Positions 62,681 to 64,000 of a stretch of 64,000 nt of DNA are shown here, piece after piece. A program made the position numbers and the translations under genes. The number at the start of each line of letters is the position of its first letter. The first letter of the stretch is position 1. Where the stretch lies: NCBI GenBank assembly GCA_035552155.1, contig DASZLX010000022.1, positions 2,514 through 66,513 on the forward strand. Reading direction: 5' to 3'. Source of the stretch: Verrucomicrobiia bacterium (GTDB lineage: Bacteria; Verrucomicrobiota; Verrucomicrobiia; Limisphaerales; DASXHY01). The notes beneath the pieces are model-generated. The model was not told the origin of the DNA, ran no database searches, and saw only the letters and a program-made list of their open reading frames with translations.

Positions 62681-64000
62681 CTAAATCAGCGCGTCCGCCA
62701 GCACCTCCGCCAGGTGCCGCGACTTGATCGGCGTCAGGTGCGCAATCTGGTTCCGGCAACTCGCCCCGGAGGTCACGAACGTCGTCCCGAACGGCTGATG
62801 TTTCACCACCCGCACCATCGGCTCTGCCACTTTCATCGACAAATCGTATTTGGATTCCAGCATCCCGAAACTTCCCGCCATGCCGCAGCAGCCGGTATCC
62901 AGCAATTCCACCGTCCGCTCCGGAAGCCGCTCCGCCAGCCGCCGCATGTATTCGCCGCGGCCCAAAGCCTTCGCGTGACAGTGCAGGTGAATGATGACTT
63001 TTTCCGCGCGCGAATTAAATTTCAACGCCGCCGGTTCCTGCTCCAATAGCGCCTCGATAAATTCCTGGAAAAGAAAACAGCGTTTGGCGACGTCATCGGC
63101 ATTCGGCAAATTCAATTCCCGGTAGTCCTCGATGAACATCGAGAAACACGACGGCTCGAGAAAAATAATCGGCGCGGCATCCACATCCTGCATGAGCAAT
63201 GCGAGATTATGGCTGCCCAATCGCGCCGCTTCATTGAGGTTGCCCTGGCTGAATGCCGGCCGCCCGCAGCACTTGCGGCCGTTCGCCAATTCCACCTGAA
63301 AACCCGCCGCTTCCAGCACCGCCACGGCCGACGCCCCGATTTTCGGCTCGTAATAGCGCACGAAAGTGTCGTCCCACAAAACCACGCGCCCCCGCGAGGG
63401 CGCGGGAGGCTTCTCTCGTTTGGCAAACCAGCGGTCGAACCGTTGCCACGCAAACCGCGGTAGTTTGCGGCGCGAAGTAATCCCAAACAATTTCGAAGCA
63501 AAAAACCGCACGATGGAGGAAGCCAGAAGCGTATTTGTAACCGGCGGCAGCATACATCCCAGGCGGCCTATTTTATCCACTGAACTGAACAATCGTTCCG
63601 ACCGCGTCAGGCCGCGGCGCTGAATGCGGGCATGCTGCAGGTCCGCTTTCAGCAGTGACGTATTGACGTTCGAGGGGCACTCGCTCGTGCACGCGCGGCA
63701 CGAGAGGCAATTGCTCAAAGCCGCTTCCAGTTCGTCCGATTTCAACGGATCGCCGTTTTCCAGGCCGCGCGATTCAAGCACGGCGCGGATCGCGTTGGCA
63801 CGCCCGCGCGTGGACATGATTTCCTCGCCGGTCGCAATGAATGTGGGGCACATCGTGGGCGTGTGCTTGAGACAAACCCCGCAGCCATTGCACTGCTCGA
63901 GATTTCCGATAAACGAATCATCCTTCGCGCTGAACGCCAGCACCGGCTCAAAGGGAAGTGCCTGCTCCGAGCGCACCCGCAAATCGGAATCGATATCAAA
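62681..64000 (-). CDS. Fe-S oxidoreductase (4Fe-4S dicluster plus two CCG cysteine-rich domains), C-terminal part of a larger protein; partial at the window edge
   Basis: CNGCGVCLKHTPTMCP and CLSCRACTSECP ferredoxin motifs. CCG motifs are present (CCGRPA, CCGMAGSFG). The frame stays open to position 64000. Confidence 0.75.
   Translation of the reverse strand, partial: FDIDSDLRVRSEQALPFEPVLAFSAKDDSFIGNLEQCNGCGVCLKHTPTMCPTFIATGEEIMSTRGRANAIRAVLESRGLENGDPLKSDELEAALSNCLSCRACTSECPSNVNTSLLKADLQHARIQRRGLTRSERLFSSVDKIGRLGCMLPPVTNTLLASSIVRFFASKLFGITSRRKLPRFAWQRFDRWFAKREKPPAPSRGRVVLWDDTFVRYYEPKIGASAVAVLEAAGFQVELANGRKCCGRPAFSQGNLNEAARLGSHNLALLMQDVDAAPIIFLEPSCFSMFIEDYRELNLPNADDVAKRCFLFQEFIEALLEQEPAALKFNSRAEKVIIHLHCHAKALGRGEYMRRLAERLPERTVELLDTGCCGMAGSFGMLESKYDLSMKVAEPMVRVVKHQPFGTTFVTSGASCRNQIAHLTPIKSRHLAEVLADALI

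Overview
GC-rich 64-kb chromosomal window. The gene content points to a Verrucomicrobiota/PVC-type bacterium: an HX9DG prepilin-like protein, a PEP-CTERM protein, giant LamG/RCC1/PATR secreted proteins, and TAT-exported Gfo/Idh/MocA enzymes next to DUF1080 proteins. This taxonomic call is inference. All protein calls come from motifs read by eye in the ORF track and sequence; no database search was possible.

Layout:
- 0.1-12.2 kb: glycan module. It holds a GntR/LacI-type regulator, a GH76 alpha-mannanase and a GH2 enzyme followed in frame by a TGA and a discoidin half-domain. It also holds a TIM-barrel isomerase/lyase-like protein, two Gfo/Idh/MocA oxidoreductases, a NupG-like MFS transporter and a double-DUF1080 protein, a set that resembles an oxidative 3-keto glycoside cleavage pathway.
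- 12.4-20.4 kb: giant secreted LamG proteins, a prepilin-like protein and an SGNH hydrolase.
- 20.4-28.1 kb: a complete non-phosphorylative L-fucose operon plus an AraC regulator.
- 28.2-29.9 kb: a PEP-CTERM gene and a gene-poor zone with relics.
- 29.7-48.6 kb: a nitrogen-scavenging supercluster. First comes an agmatinase-family ureohydrolase with a 19-His N-terminal extension, then a NitT/TauT ABC importer, two membrane proteins (one a His-loop Ni permease) and ureD-ureAB(fused)-ureC-ureF-ureG with no ureE. A porin and urtABCDE follow. Three -24/-12 (sigma-54-like) promoters precede the three transcription units.
- 48.6-49.2 kb: a frameshifted integrase relic next to tRNA-Thr(CGU). A 23/25-nt copy of the 3' end of this tRNA lies 34 kb away at 15.2 kb, so together they bracket a possible fossil island.
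- 49.3-64 kb: a large GH71/99-like LamG protein, trxC, a MerR-like protein, a MEDS histidine kinase, lnt, recN, an MBL hydrolase, a TIGR03790-like protein, tatD and a partial Fe-S oxidoreductase.

Main candidates for follow-up:
- the Ni-centred ureohydrolase-urease operon, a possible guanidine-type pathway
- the tRNA-bounded 34-kb segment
- a four-copy 35-bp upstream element
- two hairpin elements built from heptamer tandem repeats inside the urea operons
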